Below, piece after piece: positions 22,851-31,999 of a stretch of 64,000 bases of DNA (positions are counted from its first letter, which is position 1; the number at the start of each line of letters is the position of its first letter). Source of the DNA: Candidatus Omnitrophota bacterium (GTDB lineage: Bacteria; Omnitrophota; Gorgyraeia; 2-01-FULL-45-10); contig JBAZKH010000003.1 of assembly GCA_041650935.1 (NCBI GenBank), positions 37,269 through 101,268 on the forward strand, given 5' to 3'. Below the pieces are notes generated by a model that did not search any database, had not been told where the DNA came from, and saw only the letters and a program-made list of their open reading frames with translations. The position numbers and the translations under genes are program-made.

Positions 22851-22912
22851 AGATTAGCGCGGAGAAATTCTCCCGACGTAGGGGAGGTTTAAACCTCCCC
22901 TACGTTCTCGTT
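22851..22912. repeat. MITE-like repeat copy 1 (62 bp, one mismatch to the copy at 29982-30043)
   Basis: AGATTAGCGCGGAGAAATTCTCCCGACGTAGGGGAGGTTTAAACCTCCCCTACGTTCTCGTT. Contains a 28-bp perfect TTTAAA-centred palindrome. Confidence 0.7.
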
Positions 22913-22990
22913 TACTCGTCGAGAAACGTCGATAGTGGTACCCGTGTAGAGTGAGTCGTCAGAACATTGGATTATGTAGACGTGCCACAT
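22889..22990 (-). pseudogene. Truncated GIY-YIG nuclease gene (N-terminal 30 aa or so only)
   Basis: MWHVYIIQCSDDSLYTGTTIDVSRRVNE is followed by NVGEV* encoded by the repeat element. Its intact paralog is at 31714-31992. Confidence 0.6.
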
Positions 22991-22998
22991 GATTAGCC

Positions 22999-23066
22999 CT
23001 CTTGGTGGTTCGACGCGGAAAGACCTCTCCACAATTTTACAATGGAGAGGTCTTTCCGCGCCGAAC
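22999..23066. repeat. Long inverted repeat (about 24-bp arms) directly 3' of tRNA-Arg(CCG)
   Basis: GTTCGACGCGGAAAGACCTCTCCA-caattttacaa-TGGAGAGGTCTTTCCGCGCCGAAC. Confidence 0.5.
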
Positions 23067-23068
23067 CA

Positions 23069-23144
23069 TGGCGTCCCCGGGCAGATTTGAACTGCCACGG
23101 CTGGCTCCGGAGGCCAGTACTCTATCCAATTGAGCTACGGGGAC
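23069..23144 (-). tRNA. tRNA-Arg (anticodon CCG)
   Basis: The reverse complement folds as a cloverleaf: GTCCCCGTAGCTCAATTGGATAGAGTACTGGCCTCCGGAGCCAG..GGTTCAAATCT..GGGGACGCCA. Confidence 0.85.
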
Positions 23145-23152
23145 AATATTAT

Positions 23153-23587
23153 CTAAGTCTGTTGTCCTATCGGCGTCCCGTTTCCCGCCTTCTTACTCTT
23201 ATAAATCGCCAGAAGCGCCCGCGCTCCGCTATGATCGGGATCCACTTCCAGACAGGCTTCGATATATCCTATGGCCTCGTCTATCTTTCCTATTTTAGAA
23301 CAACATACGGATGCGTTGAAATAATAATTTCCCATGCGGGAGGCGGCGAGGCCGAGCCTGTTGGCCTCCTCGTAATGTTCCAGCGCTTCCGCATAACGGC
23401 CCTCCACTAAATACGCATTCGCCAGATCGTAATGCGCGTTCGCGTTCTTAGGCTGGGCTTTTACAACCGCTTCATAGAATTTTTTCGCTCCCGGACCGTC
23501 TCCGGCGCTATTTGCTCCGGAGGCAATACCGGTAAACCCGGCCGCAAGGAAGACCGTTACCAGAACTATGGCGCGCGCGCTTATCAT
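23153..23587 (-). CDS. TPR-repeat protein, secreted or lipoprotein
   Basis: Signal peptide followed by tetratricopeptide repeats (AHYDLANAYLVEGRYAEALEHYEEA). Confidence 0.7.
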   Translation of the reverse strand: MISARAIVLVTVFLAAGFTGIASGANSAGDGPGAKKFYEAVVKAQPKNANAHYDLANAYLVEGRYAEALEHYEEANRLGLAASRMGNYYFNASVCCSKIGKIDEAIGYIEACLEVDPDHSGARALLAIYKSKKAGNGTPIGQQT

Positions 23588-25686
23588 TCCTGTTCCGAGC
23601 CCCATCTCCGGCGCTTCCGGCCGCGGCCGAGGACTTCCTGCAGAAGAGATTCCCTGTCATAGAACGGCATAATACCGTCTGAATCGTCAAGCGTTATCCC
23701 GTCTCCGCTGTCTTCTTCCAGCGCAAAGGTCTGGTCGAGTCCGGCCTGGACATTAGTCCGCTCGAGGAAGCGCGAAACTTTATTGAATTGCGTGATCCCT
23801 CCGCGGGTCCCTTCGTGATTAAGCGAAAGGAACAGGTTGTTCCTGGCGCGGGTTATCCCGACATAAAAGAGCCTGCTCTCTTCCTCTATCTCTTCTTCGT
23901 TATCGAGCGAAAAGCTGGACGGCAGGACCCCGTCGATCATTCCTACGATGAAGACCGTGTCCCATTCCAGCCCCTTGGCGGAATGTATGGTCGAAAGCGT
24001 AAGCGGTTTCTCGTCATCGTTTGACTTGGGCTCGACCCGCAGGACCCCGCGGTCCGGAGGTTCGATAGCAAAGTCCGCCAAAAGTTCTTCCAGGGTGTCA
24101 TAACGGCCGGCGATCTGCCTCAACGCTTCGAGGTCGTTAATCCTCACGTTCCAGTCGTCGAACTTCAGCATGAATATGGGCGAATAATAATCGAATGCCG
24201 ACGCGTATACCGCGGCGACGTCGATCTCGCCGCGTCCCGCGGCCGCGGATTTCAAAAATTTCCTCAGGCGCGCTATACCTTTGACCGATTTCGGCGGCAC
24301 GCACTTATCGCCGAGCGAGCGCTCGGCAATGTCATCGAGCGACGTCCTGGCAAGTATCGCTTCCGTAAGCTTCCCGGCGGTCCGCGGCCCTATCCCGTCG
24401 ATCACGGTAAGGACCCTGTGCCACGCTATCTCGTCCTTCGGGTTCAGGACTATCTTCATATGGGCAATTATGTCTTTGACGTGGGCCGTTTCGTAGAATT
24501 TAAGCCCGCCGAAGACCTGGTAAGGGATACCGTTCTTTGAGAGCTCCGCCTGAAGGGCTATCGAAACGTATGCCGACCGGAAGAGCACCGCCTGTTCTTC
24601 CAGGCCGACGTCCTCCGACTGCAGTTTCCGCACTTTTTCGACGATCCATTCCGCCTCATCATATTGGTTCTTAAAAAAGTTCAACCTGGCCTTCTGGCCG
24701 GCATCCTGCCTTGTGGAGATAAGGCACTTGGAATATTTATTATTCATATTCTCGAGCACGGAATTTGCCACGTCGAGTATATTCTGCGTCGAACGGTAGT
24801 TCTCCTCGAGCTTTATTATCTTACAATCGGTAAATTTCTTCGGGAACTCCATTATGTTCTTGTGCGACGAACCCCTGAATCCGTATATAGACTGCGCGTC
24901 ATCGCCGACGGCCATTATATTTTTATGGTCCGCGGCCAAAAGATAGGCAATATCGCCCTGGAGCGTATTCGTATCCTGGTATTCATCGACCATGACGTAG
25001 CGGTATTTCGACCCTACGGCCTTCCGCATCTCGTCTATCTCCAGGAGAAGTTTAAGATATACCAGGAGATCGTCGTAATCGAGGTAGCTCTTCCCTATCT
25101 TGTATGCGGCGTACTCTTTACGCAGTCTCTCTATGTCGGAAGTAAAGTTAAGGAAATGCGGGTACTCTTTCTCGAGGATCTTTTCTACCGTAAGGCCCTT
25201 ATTGAGCGACATGCTGAGGATATTCTTAAGCGTATCCTTGCGCGGGAATTTTGTTTCTCTGTCGATTCCCCGGCGCGTTTCGCCTTCGGTCGAATGGTCG
25301 AACAACCCTAGTTTTACCGCGCACCTGTGGACCGCCTCCTGGCTGTCGCTCTCATCGAGGATCGAAAACTGGTTCGACAACCCGAGGGCTTTCGCATATT
25401 TTTTCAGCGTCCTGAACGCGAATGAATGGAACGTCCCGCCGTCGACATGCCTGCACTTCGGATTGTGCCCGGAGGCGCGCGAGATCATCTCATGCGCGGC
25501 CTTCCTGGTAAATGTGAGGAGTAGTATCGATTCCGGCGGAACACCCTTCGTAACGAGATTGAGGACGCGGTATTCTATGGCGCGGGTCTTGCCGCTGCCG
25601 GCGCCCGCTATGACGAGCACGGGCCCTTCTGTGGCAGAGACCGCCGAAAGCTGGGAAGGGTTAAGTTTATCCTTTAGGTCGAGCAT
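23584..25686 (-). CDS. UvrD/PcrA/Rep-family ATP-dependent DNA helicase
   Basis: Walker A motif LVIAGAGSGKT, plus the SF1 helicase motifs through VDEYQDT and the C-terminal domain. Confidence 0.85.
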   Translation of the reverse strand: MLDLKDKLNPSQLSAVSATEGPVLVIAGAGSGKTRAIEYRVLNLVTKGVPPESILLLTFTRKAAHEMISRASGHNPKCRHVDGGTFHSFAFRTLKKYAKALGLSNQFSILDESDSQEAVHRCAVKLGLFDHSTEGETRRGIDRETKFPRKDTLKNILSMSLNKGLTVEKILEKEYPHFLNFTSDIERLRKEYAAYKIGKSYLDYDDLLVYLKLLLEIDEMRKAVGSKYRYVMVDEYQDTNTLQGDIAYLLAADHKNIMAVGDDAQSIYGFRGSSHKNIMEFPKKFTDCKIIKLEENYRSTQNILDVANSVLENMNNKYSKCLISTRQDAGQKARLNFFKNQYDEAEWIVEKVRKLQSEDVGLEEQAVLFRSAYVSIALQAELSKNGIPYQVFGGLKFYETAHVKDIIAHMKIVLNPKDEIAWHRVLTVIDGIGPRTAGKLTEAILARTSLDDIAERSLGDKCVPPKSVKGIARLRKFLKSAAAGRGEIDVAAVYASAFDYYSPIFMLKFDDWNVRINDLEALRQIAGRYDTLEELLADFAIEPPDRGVLRVEPKSNDDEKPLTLSTIHSAKGLEWDTVFIVGMIDGVLPSSFSLDNEEEIEEESRLFYVGITRARNNLFLSLNHEGTRGGITQFNKVSRFLERTNVQAGLDQTFALEEDSGDGITLDDSDGIMPFYDRESLLQEVLGRGRKRRRWGSEQE

Positions 25687-25695
25687 AGAACAATT

Positions 25696-26115
25696 TTACT
25701 GTCCCTCTGCCTTTGGCGGCTCTTTCCCATCTCTTGCTATGTAGTCGAATAGCTTCAGGGAGACAGCCTGCGAGAGATTATAGTTTAGGGAGGTAACTTT
25801 CACTTCGGTCTTGTGAGGGGCCGTCTGGGTGAAGAATATCCCGACTTCGGTCGTATTCACACAGCTCTTGAAGATATCCTCGAACCTCATAGCGACAATG
25901 TAATCGTCCACGCGCTGTTGGAAGACGACCGCCTTCCATTCCGCGAGCGCGTTTATCGTCAGGTCGTAACAATCCGCGACTTCTTTATCGAATACCTGGA
26001 TGCGCGCCTCTTTTATCTTCCACAGGGCCGGCACATCGGCTAAAAAGAGAGCGCAGCCCGCGAGCGACGCGGCTATTATAAAAAGCGCCGTAACTTTTAT
26101 CAATGTAATTTTCAT
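25696..26115 (-). CDS. Hypothetical lipoprotein
   Basis: Signal peptide with lipobox LAGC. Confidence 0.5.
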   Translation of the reverse strand: MKITLIKVTALFIIAASLAGCALFLADVPALWKIKEARIQVFDKEVADCYDLTINALAEWKAVVFQQRVDDYIVAMRFEDIFKSCVNTTEVGIFFTQTAPHKTEVKVTSLNYNLSQAVSLKLFDYIARDGKEPPKAEGQ

Positions 26116-26159
26116 TTCGGGGTATTATAGCACAAAGGATTGATGGTGAGCTATTTTTT

Positions 26160-26687
26160 TTACGCGCTCTTGTCGACCTGGGAGGACGAATAGAGATTGT
26201 TCGGCCTTATCCTGCATCCGGACAATATCTCATCTATGCCCGGCAATACCTGCAGGGTAACGCCCAGATTCTCGCAGGCGATCTCCGAGAGCACCGTAAC
26301 GCACGGCTGGAACGGCATCTCTTTAGTTAGAAATATCCTCGCGACAAATTGTCTGCCGCTAACCGAAAACGGATAATACCTGGTCCACCCCTTCCTGCCG
26401 ATATCGAGGTTCTCAAAATCGAAACGTATAGCTGAATCCGCCAGGAATGGGGCGTAAATCTTCGCTAATTCCGATTTCGTCATGCCCTGGAAGGCATCGG
26501 ACCTGTAAAGCGATAGCGCCATGCACAGGAAAGTACAGGTATCTTTGAACGGGAGGCTGGCGCCGCCTACTTTAATTTCGGTAAGGGGATTTGGAGAAAG
26601 GTTTTCCGCCGGCACTGTGCCAGCCAGTTGAATAGCTTGAACCAGAAAGAAAAAAACCGCAAAAGCCGCCGTCTTCCTCTTCTTCAC
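26160..26687 (-). CDS. Hypothetical secreted protein
   Basis: Signal peptide. No domain I recognise. Confidence 0.45.
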   Translation of the reverse strand: MKKRKTAAFAVFFFLVQAIQLAGTVPAENLSPNPLTEIKVGGASLPFKDTCTFLCMALSLYRSDAFQGMTKSELAKIYAPFLADSAIRFDFENLDIGRKGWTRYYPFSVSGRQFVARIFLTKEMPFQPCVTVLSEIACENLGVTLQVLPGIDEILSGCRIRPNNLYSSSQVDKSA

Positions 26688-26787
26688 AAGCCCTCACTTT
26701 GTCCTGCGGCAAGGCACCGTTAATGGCGCCTTGCTATTATCAAAAGCTTATCACAAAATCTGACTTTTGCAAATTTTTTTGCTTGTT

Positions 26788-28176
26788 TTAGAGGACTTTG
26801 ACGAACGCGTCGACGACCTCGGGGCTGAATTGGAGGCCCCTGTTGGCCTTAAGCTGTTCCAGGGCCTCGGCTTTTGTCATGCCCTTCTTGTACGCTCTGT
26901 TCGACACCATGGCGTCATAGGAATCCGCCGCCGCGACTATTGCCGTTAATATATCTATCTTGTCGCCGCTCAAGCCGTCAGGGTATCCTTTGCCGTCGAA
27001 ACGCTCATGGTGCCCTCTGACGACGGCAAGAAGCTCTGTATCCAGGGATACGGGCCTTAATATCTCTTCGCCTATTTCGGGATGTTTCTTTATAAGGTGC
27101 CAGTCTTCATCGCTCAAGATCGATTTTTTGTTCAATATCATCTCCTGGATACCGAGCTTTCCTATATCGTGGAGGAGCGCGGCCTCGCGCAAAAGATCGA
27201 CCCGTTCTTTAGGCAGGCCCATCCGCTCGGCGATCTGCACGGAATATTTTGCCACCCTGTCCGAATGGCCCTTCGTAGCCGGGTCCCTCGCCTCGAGCAC
27301 GCGAACGAGCGACTGGACCGCGCGGTAAAAATAATTGAGGAGCGCCTGCCTTGCCTTATGCAGGTTCGAACTCATCCTATTGAACGCGCCGGCAAGCTCC
27401 CTCACCTCATCGGCGCCCTTAATATGAACTTTGTATTGCAGGTCTCCCGAAGCGATGTGGCGGGTGCCTTCGACCAATTTCCTTATCGGCGAAACAACCC
27501 TGCCCGCGATGATGAGGCCTATAAGCGCCGATAAGAATATGCCGAGGGCCAGGACAAAGAGGGCGCGTCTCTCCATCTCTTTCTGGACGCTGTAGACGTC
27601 ATTCGCCGTCATATCTACTCCCAGCACCGCGACGGTCCGGCCGTTTCTATCGCGGACCGGCGCGTAGCCGGACAGGAAGACGCCCCATTTATCGGTCACC
27701 ATATTCTTATCCGCGGCAAGTTTACCGCCAAAGGCCTTCGCCATTTCCGGATAAAGCTTCGCGTCGTATTCTTCCCCCGGAACGGCCGGCGCGACGGCCG
27801 CGCTGTAAGAGCCTGGATGGACGTCGATTATAAATTGCAGGCAGTTCTCTTTCTTTGTCTCCTTAAGGATATAAATATATGCGAGCGATGGGATAAGCTC
27901 CTTTATCCTGAGCAATTTAGCTTCGACGGATTTATACTGCGGGCTCTCCATGCCGTCCTTATAGAGAGGTATCTCCAGGATAACCTGCGGATCGAGCGAC
28001 ATGACCAGGGCCTGGGCGATGATCATAAGCTTACCTCTTAATTGATCCAACTGCGACCTGAGGGAATATTCGTATACGAGGAGATTGGAGAGCGCGCCCG
28101 AGAAGCACATCAAGACGATGAGCACCGCCGTGATCTGCGCGCGGAAACTTCTGAATAGGACAAAACGCTTAACCAT
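26788..28176 (-). CDS. HD-GYP domain protein (putative c-di-GMP phosphodiesterase) with an N-terminal membrane-anchored sensor and a HAMP domain
   Basis: Two transmembrane segments flank a periplasmic domain. A HAMP-like linker follows, then HD...HDIGK and HHERFDGKGYP (the GYP motif). Confidence 0.8.
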   Translation of the reverse strand: MVKRFVLFRSFRAQITAVLIVLMCFSGALSNLLVYEYSLRSQLDQLRGKLMIIAQALVMSLDPQVILEIPLYKDGMESPQYKSVEAKLLRIKELIPSLAYIYILKETKKENCLQFIIDVHPGSYSAAVAPAVPGEEYDAKLYPEMAKAFGGKLAADKNMVTDKWGVFLSGYAPVRDRNGRTVAVLGVDMTANDVYSVQKEMERRALFVLALGIFLSALIGLIIAGRVVSPIRKLVEGTRHIASGDLQYKVHIKGADEVRELAGAFNRMSSNLHKARQALLNYFYRAVQSLVRVLEARDPATKGHSDRVAKYSVQIAERMGLPKERVDLLREAALLHDIGKLGIQEMILNKKSILSDEDWHLIKKHPEIGEEILRPVSLDTELLAVVRGHHERFDGKGYPDGLSGDKIDILTAIVAAADSYDAMVSNRAYKKGMTKAEALEQLKANRGLQFSPEVVDAFVKVL

Positions 28177-28258
28177 AAAAAAAGTATATCAGAATTCTAC
28201 GGCAATGTCTCTACAAAAAATACTGGACTTAGGCAGACTATTATGTTTAAATTGAAGC

Positions 28259-28678
28259 GTGAAACTTCTAAATATACTCGTCCTATTGTTTACTATTTTC
28301 GCGGCGGCTATCCTATCTTCCTGCTCATCGAGTAAAGACGGACGGGTCGATATAGTCGACGCGAAGATCGTGACCGCCATCGACGAGAAACTGATGCCCA
28401 TGAAGGTGACGGACACCTTCCCGGCAGGCACGACAAAGATATGCTGCTGGATCAAATGGAAGAATGCCAGGATCAACACGCAGATCATTTCAAAGTGGCA
28501 CTACGTAACCGATGACGTCCATATAGACAACTATATCTTTACGATACCAAAGAAAGAAGGCATGGGAAGTGTCACGCTCACGATACCTCCAGGGAAAAAC
28601 CTGCCTGTGGGCCTATACAGAGTGGATCTTTTGGTAGGAAAACGCCTGTTAGAATCACTTACCTTCAGGGTCGAGTAA
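28259..28678 (+). CDS. Hypothetical lipoprotein
   Basis: Lipobox LSSC. Its 3' end is partly duplicated at 30075-30110 and 31379-31401. Confidence 0.55.
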   Translation: MKLLNILVLLFTIFAAAILSSCSSSKDGRVDIVDAKIVTAIDEKLMPMKVTDTFPAGTTKICCWIKWKNARINTQIISKWHYVTDDVHIDNYIFTIPKKEGMGSVTLTIPPGKNLPVGLYRVDLLVGKRLLESLTFRVE

Positions 28679-28697
28679 AAACTCTCCGCAATATTAT

Positions 28698-29942
28698 TTA
28701 CAAATCGAACCACGGGATAGCGGTAATATTGTCCGCCAACCGCTCTTTTTTGCCGCCCATCGTAATGATATATCCGTGCTTTGCCGCCCCGGAATAATCG
28801 CTTAAAAAATTCCTCAACCCTTTTATCTCCGATTGCGCGACGTAAGAAGAGCTTTTGATCTCTATGGGAATAACGCGATCGCCCAGGTCCAGCACACAAT
28901 CAACCTCGGCTCCCGCGGAGGTCCGCCAGTAACATACCTTATAGTTTTTGTTTAGCGCCTTGACTCTTCTTATTATCTCAAGCATTACGGAGTGTTCGAA
29001 AAGAACGCCTTTTTGGGTATTTATAAGATCCGGAGTGATCGGAACCCGCGCGAGGATGTTCCTTACGCCAAGATCAAAAAAGTAATAGCGGGATGAAGAA
29101 AGTATACGCTTGCGGGCATTCTTTAAAAACGGCCCCACCCTTTCGATAACCAAAGTATCTTCAAGAAGGTTATAAAACTCCCCGACCGCCGGCTGGCTTA
29201 CACCGGATTCATTTGAAAGCTTAAGAAGATTAGGGCTGGTTCCCGATTCCGCGGCGGCAAGTTCAAGAAATCTGGAAAACGCGCCTATCTTCCTGGACAA
29301 CGCCTCGGCGCGGATCTCCTCTTCCAGGTATATTTCCGCATAAGCTTTAAGAAAATCGGGCCTCTCTTTTTTCGGCAATGTCACGATCCCCGGCAGCGAT
29401 CCGTAGACAAGCGTTTCTTCGAAAGAATAAGGCACATGGCGGTTAATATTATCCATACGAAGTTCTTTTATAGCGCAATCCTTGATCAGCCCCAGCTCTC
29501 CCCATAACAAAGGATCCAAATAGTATCTTTTTATCCGGCCGGGAAGTAGATTGGCGCCATGCCTTTTCAGCTTTCTCGCGGATGAGCCGGTAAGGATAAA
29601 ATTAGCATCTTTATTATCGATCAGGACTTGTATGGCGTCGAATAAGGCCGGCACTTTCTGCGCCTCGTCGACAAAAACACATGGATCCTTTTTTAACGCG
29701 CGGACCTGGTTGATGATCCTCGACGGGTCTCTTTCCAGCTCTATCCTGAGCGAAGGATCCTGCAGGGGATATGAAGAAACATTCGCCGCGCCTTTCAGGC
29801 ATTCGTTGACAAGCGTCGTTTTGCCTGTCTGGCGCGGCCCCAGGATAAGGCATGACTGCTTCTTCTTTATGAGGGCGGATAACGCGCTATTGAGATATCT
29901 AAATAAAGGTTTATTTTTACCTTGCATAAATAAAGTATACAT
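28698..29942 (-). CDS. AAA+ ATPase of the COG1373 type (AAA_14 plus DUF4143-like)
   Basis: Walker A motif ILGPRQTGKTTL and a C-terminal DUF4143-like region. Confidence 0.75.
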   Translation of the reverse strand: MYTLFMQGKNKPLFRYLNSALSALIKKKQSCLILGPRQTGKTTLVNECLKGAANVSSYPLQDPSLRIELERDPSRIINQVRALKKDPCVFVDEAQKVPALFDAIQVLIDNKDANFILTGSSARKLKRHGANLLPGRIKRYYLDPLLWGELGLIKDCAIKELRMDNINRHVPYSFEETLVYGSLPGIVTLPKKERPDFLKAYAEIYLEEEIRAEALSRKIGAFSRFLELAAAESGTSPNLLKLSNESGVSQPAVGEFYNLLEDTLVIERVGPFLKNARKRILSSSRYYFFDLGVRNILARVPITPDLINTQKGVLFEHSVMLEIIRRVKALNKNYKVCYWRTSAGAEVDCVLDLGDRVIPIEIKSSSYVAQSEIKGLRNFLSDYSGAAKHGYIITMGGKKERLADNITAIPWFDL

Positions 29943-29975
29943 TACATATCCGATTTTGTCAATAGTCTACAAAAT

Positions 29976-30074
29976 GGTAACAGATTAGCGCGGAGAAGTT
30001 CTCCCGACGTAGGGGAGGTTTAAACCTCCCCTACGTTCTCGTTGAGATACTTCCTTACGCTAAACTGTTACGCA
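29976..30074. repeat. MITE-like element copy 2 with terminal inverted repeats
   Basis: Terminal inverted repeats GGTAACAGATTAGCG … CGCTAAACTGTTACGC flank a core that is 61 of 62 identical to 22851-22912, including the TTTAAA palindrome. Confidence 0.6.
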
Positions 30075-30110
30075 AAATGGGCATGGGAAGCGTTACGCTC
30101 ACGCTATTAT
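30075..30110 (+). pseudogene. Remnant of the lipoprotein gene (paralog of 28259-28678), 5' fragment
   Basis: GGCATGGGAAGCGTTACGCTCACGCT matches 28560-28590 and would encode MGSVTLT. Confidence 0.45.
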
Positions 30111-31297
30111 CCTTTGAGCAGCCCCACAAGAAATAACGGCCGCCTTATGTCGGTCATATCATAACCGTCGGCAAAGATAAATTTTCTTTTAATATCGATC
30201 CCCTTGAATTGGCCCCTGCCTTTACCCTTGCCTCCAACCTCAAAAACAATGTCTTCGAAATCCCGGATAATATAATCCGGTGTTTTTTTACCGCGCACGG
30301 ATTTAAGGTAAAATATCTCCTTGCCTAAAGCTTTAAATGCTTCCACAAAAAAATCTTCCCGCAAGCCGCCTATGGCCTCATCCAAAGGTCTATATAATAG
30401 CCTGTACGGCAGGGCCATGACGACTTTCGGCTCCTTCATTACATTTGTTCCCATTGGAAAGATCCTGTGCAAAACAAAGGCTTGCTCCAAAAGCGCGATA
30501 TACTGTTCGGCTTTGTACTTCGTAATATGGACATTCTGCGCAGCCGAAGAATAATTGATACCATCCACTCCCGAAAGACCTATGAAACGGACAAGCCGCT
30601 CTATTATTTCCAATTCATCGGTCATGAGTCTCGCGATACGGGGGATGTCTTTAAGAATAATGGTTTTGAGGATATTTTTTAAAAGTAGAAGGGGTTCAGG
30701 TTCCTGTAGAGCGAAAGGCATAAGGCCGCCCTGTATATACGGCAAAAAATGCTCCCCCGCCCTTAAGGTATCCGGAGGGATATTCTTCTCAATGATATCA
30801 CGGAGGGATAATGGGCTGAATTCCTGTCCATATTTAAAGCGCGCGTACTCCCGCAGCGAAAAAGGATAAAGGGCCTTCAGGATAACGCGCCGCGATAGAT
30901 CGTAACCTGATCTATACATCCCAAGCGCTGTGGAACTGGTAAAGATTATTCTTACATCGAGGAGATCGTAGATCTTCTTGATATCAGCCTCAAAACGCGG
31001 ATAGATATGCACCTCGTCCAACAAAAATAACTTAGTCCGCATAGTTTCATGCAATGTCTTGATGAGCTCAAAAAGATCGCCCTCCATAGTATCCAGTGAA
31101 ACATAAAAAGACCCATCATTTGACAGGGCCAATTGCTTGAGCACGATTGTCTTGCCGGCACCGCGTGGTCCAACAATCCCAATAAAATGAGCTCCAGCAT
31201 CCCCGGCAATGTCATCGTAAAGACCACGTCTTTTATTGTATTTACGACCGTCTTCTCTGGCCAGACGATCAAATTCAATTAATTGGTTGATATTCAT
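30107..31297 (-). CDS. AAA+ ATPase of the COG1373 type, second copy, only distantly related to the first
   Basis: Walker A motif GIVGPRGAGKTIV with Walker B at LLDEVH. It lies between two remnants of a lipoprotein gene copy. Confidence 0.7.
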   Translation of the reverse strand: MNINQLIEFDRLAREDGRKYNKRRGLYDDIAGDAGAHFIGIVGPRGAGKTIVLKQLALSNDGSFYVSLDTMEGDLFELIKTLHETMRTKLFLLDEVHIYPRFEADIKKIYDLLDVRIIFTSSTALGMYRSGYDLSRRVILKALYPFSLREYARFKYGQEFSPLSLRDIIEKNIPPDTLRAGEHFLPYIQGGLMPFALQEPEPLLLLKNILKTIILKDIPRIARLMTDELEIIERLVRFIGLSGVDGINYSSAAQNVHITKYKAEQYIALLEQAFVLHRIFPMGTNVMKEPKVVMALPYRLLYRPLDEAIGGLREDFFVEAFKALGKEIFYLKSVRGKKTPDYIIRDFEDIVFEVGGKGKGRGQFKGIDIKRKFIFADGYDMTDIRRPLFLVGLLKG

Positions 31298-31378
31298 AGT
31301 ACAAGTATATCATAAACAGACATTTTGTCAAATTGTTTTACATAATGTTATGCATTTTGTATAATTAATATTCGAAAA

Positions 31379-31401
31379 TCACTTACCTTCAGGGTCGAGT
31401 A
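31379..31401 (+). pseudogene. Remnant of the lipoprotein gene, 3' fragment
   Basis: CACTTACCTTCAGGGTCGAGTAA is identical to 28658-28680 and would encode SLTFRVE*. Confidence 0.45.
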
Positions 31402-31435
31402 AGCGCTTATCGCGATTGGCGGTTCCCGGCTCCGG

Positions 31436-31585
31436 ATGCGGAGGCTTGAGCTGGGCCGGCTGCCAAAGGAGCTCAGAGAAAAAGAGATCGTGGCTAGGAT
31501 GCCTTTCTTATTTCGCACAATTAGGGGTAAGAAGATCTCAAAAGAGAAGCTTGATAAGCTGATAAAATTGATCAAAACATTTTAA
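31436..31585 (+). CDS. Small hypothetical ORF of 49 aa (MRRLELGRLPKELREKEIVARMPFLFRTIRGKKISKEKLDKLIKLIKTF)
   Basis: An open frame in otherwise unassigned sequence. No ribosome-binding site. It could be a gene fragment. Confidence 0.2.
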   Translation: MRRLELGRLPKELREKEIVARMPFLFRTIRGKKISKEKLDKLIKLIKTF

Positions 31586-31713
31586 ACCACAAATACCGCA
31601 AAAACTGCAATAAATCCACTAAACCACACAACAAGTAAACCAGAGATAAAGAGAGGCAGAAACTGGCGGAATTGACGTTATTTCTAGAGGAGATTACACT
31701 AGGTGCTTTTTAG

Positions 31714-31992
31714 CTAGGAATCTATGCGTTTTGATTCAATATTTGATAACGCATCTTTTAGAATTTGCTTGAGAGTTACTTTGCCCTTTGTGGTTTTAAA
31801 ATATTTTTCCCTTCGCAATGCGTCGGATTTTGACGTATGCCCTTCACAATATATCAGTTTAAAAGGACGTCTTGATCTGGTGCTTGCGTTCTTACCGGCA
31901 TTATGCTCGTCGAGACGTTGCTCAACGTTCTCGGTAAAACCAATATAGAAGTTATTATCTTTTTCGCTCAATAAGACGTAGACGTAGTACAT
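31714..31992 (-). CDS. GIY-YIG nuclease family protein (UPF0213-like)
   Basis: YYVYVLLSEKDNNFYIGFTENVEQRLDEHN. Confidence 0.8.
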   Translation of the reverse strand: MYYVYVLLSEKDNNFYIGFTENVEQRLDEHNAGKNASTRSRRPFKLIYCEGHTSKSDALRREKYFKTTKGKVTLKQILKDALSNIESKRIDS

Positions 31993-31999
31993 GCTTCCT

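Noticed and set aside
23584-25686. UvrD-like helicase as part of a Gabija- or Hachiman-type defence system
   Set aside because: No partner gene (ATPase-TOPRIM GajA or HamA-like) is adjacent. The length and motifs fit an ordinary UvrD/PcrA/Rep helicase.
31348-31575. 75-aa minus-strand ORF in the unassigned region after the second ATPase gene
   Set aside because: Low-complexity Ser/Leu-rich translation and no ribosome-binding site. It overlaps the alternative small plus-strand ORF and is probably non-coding.
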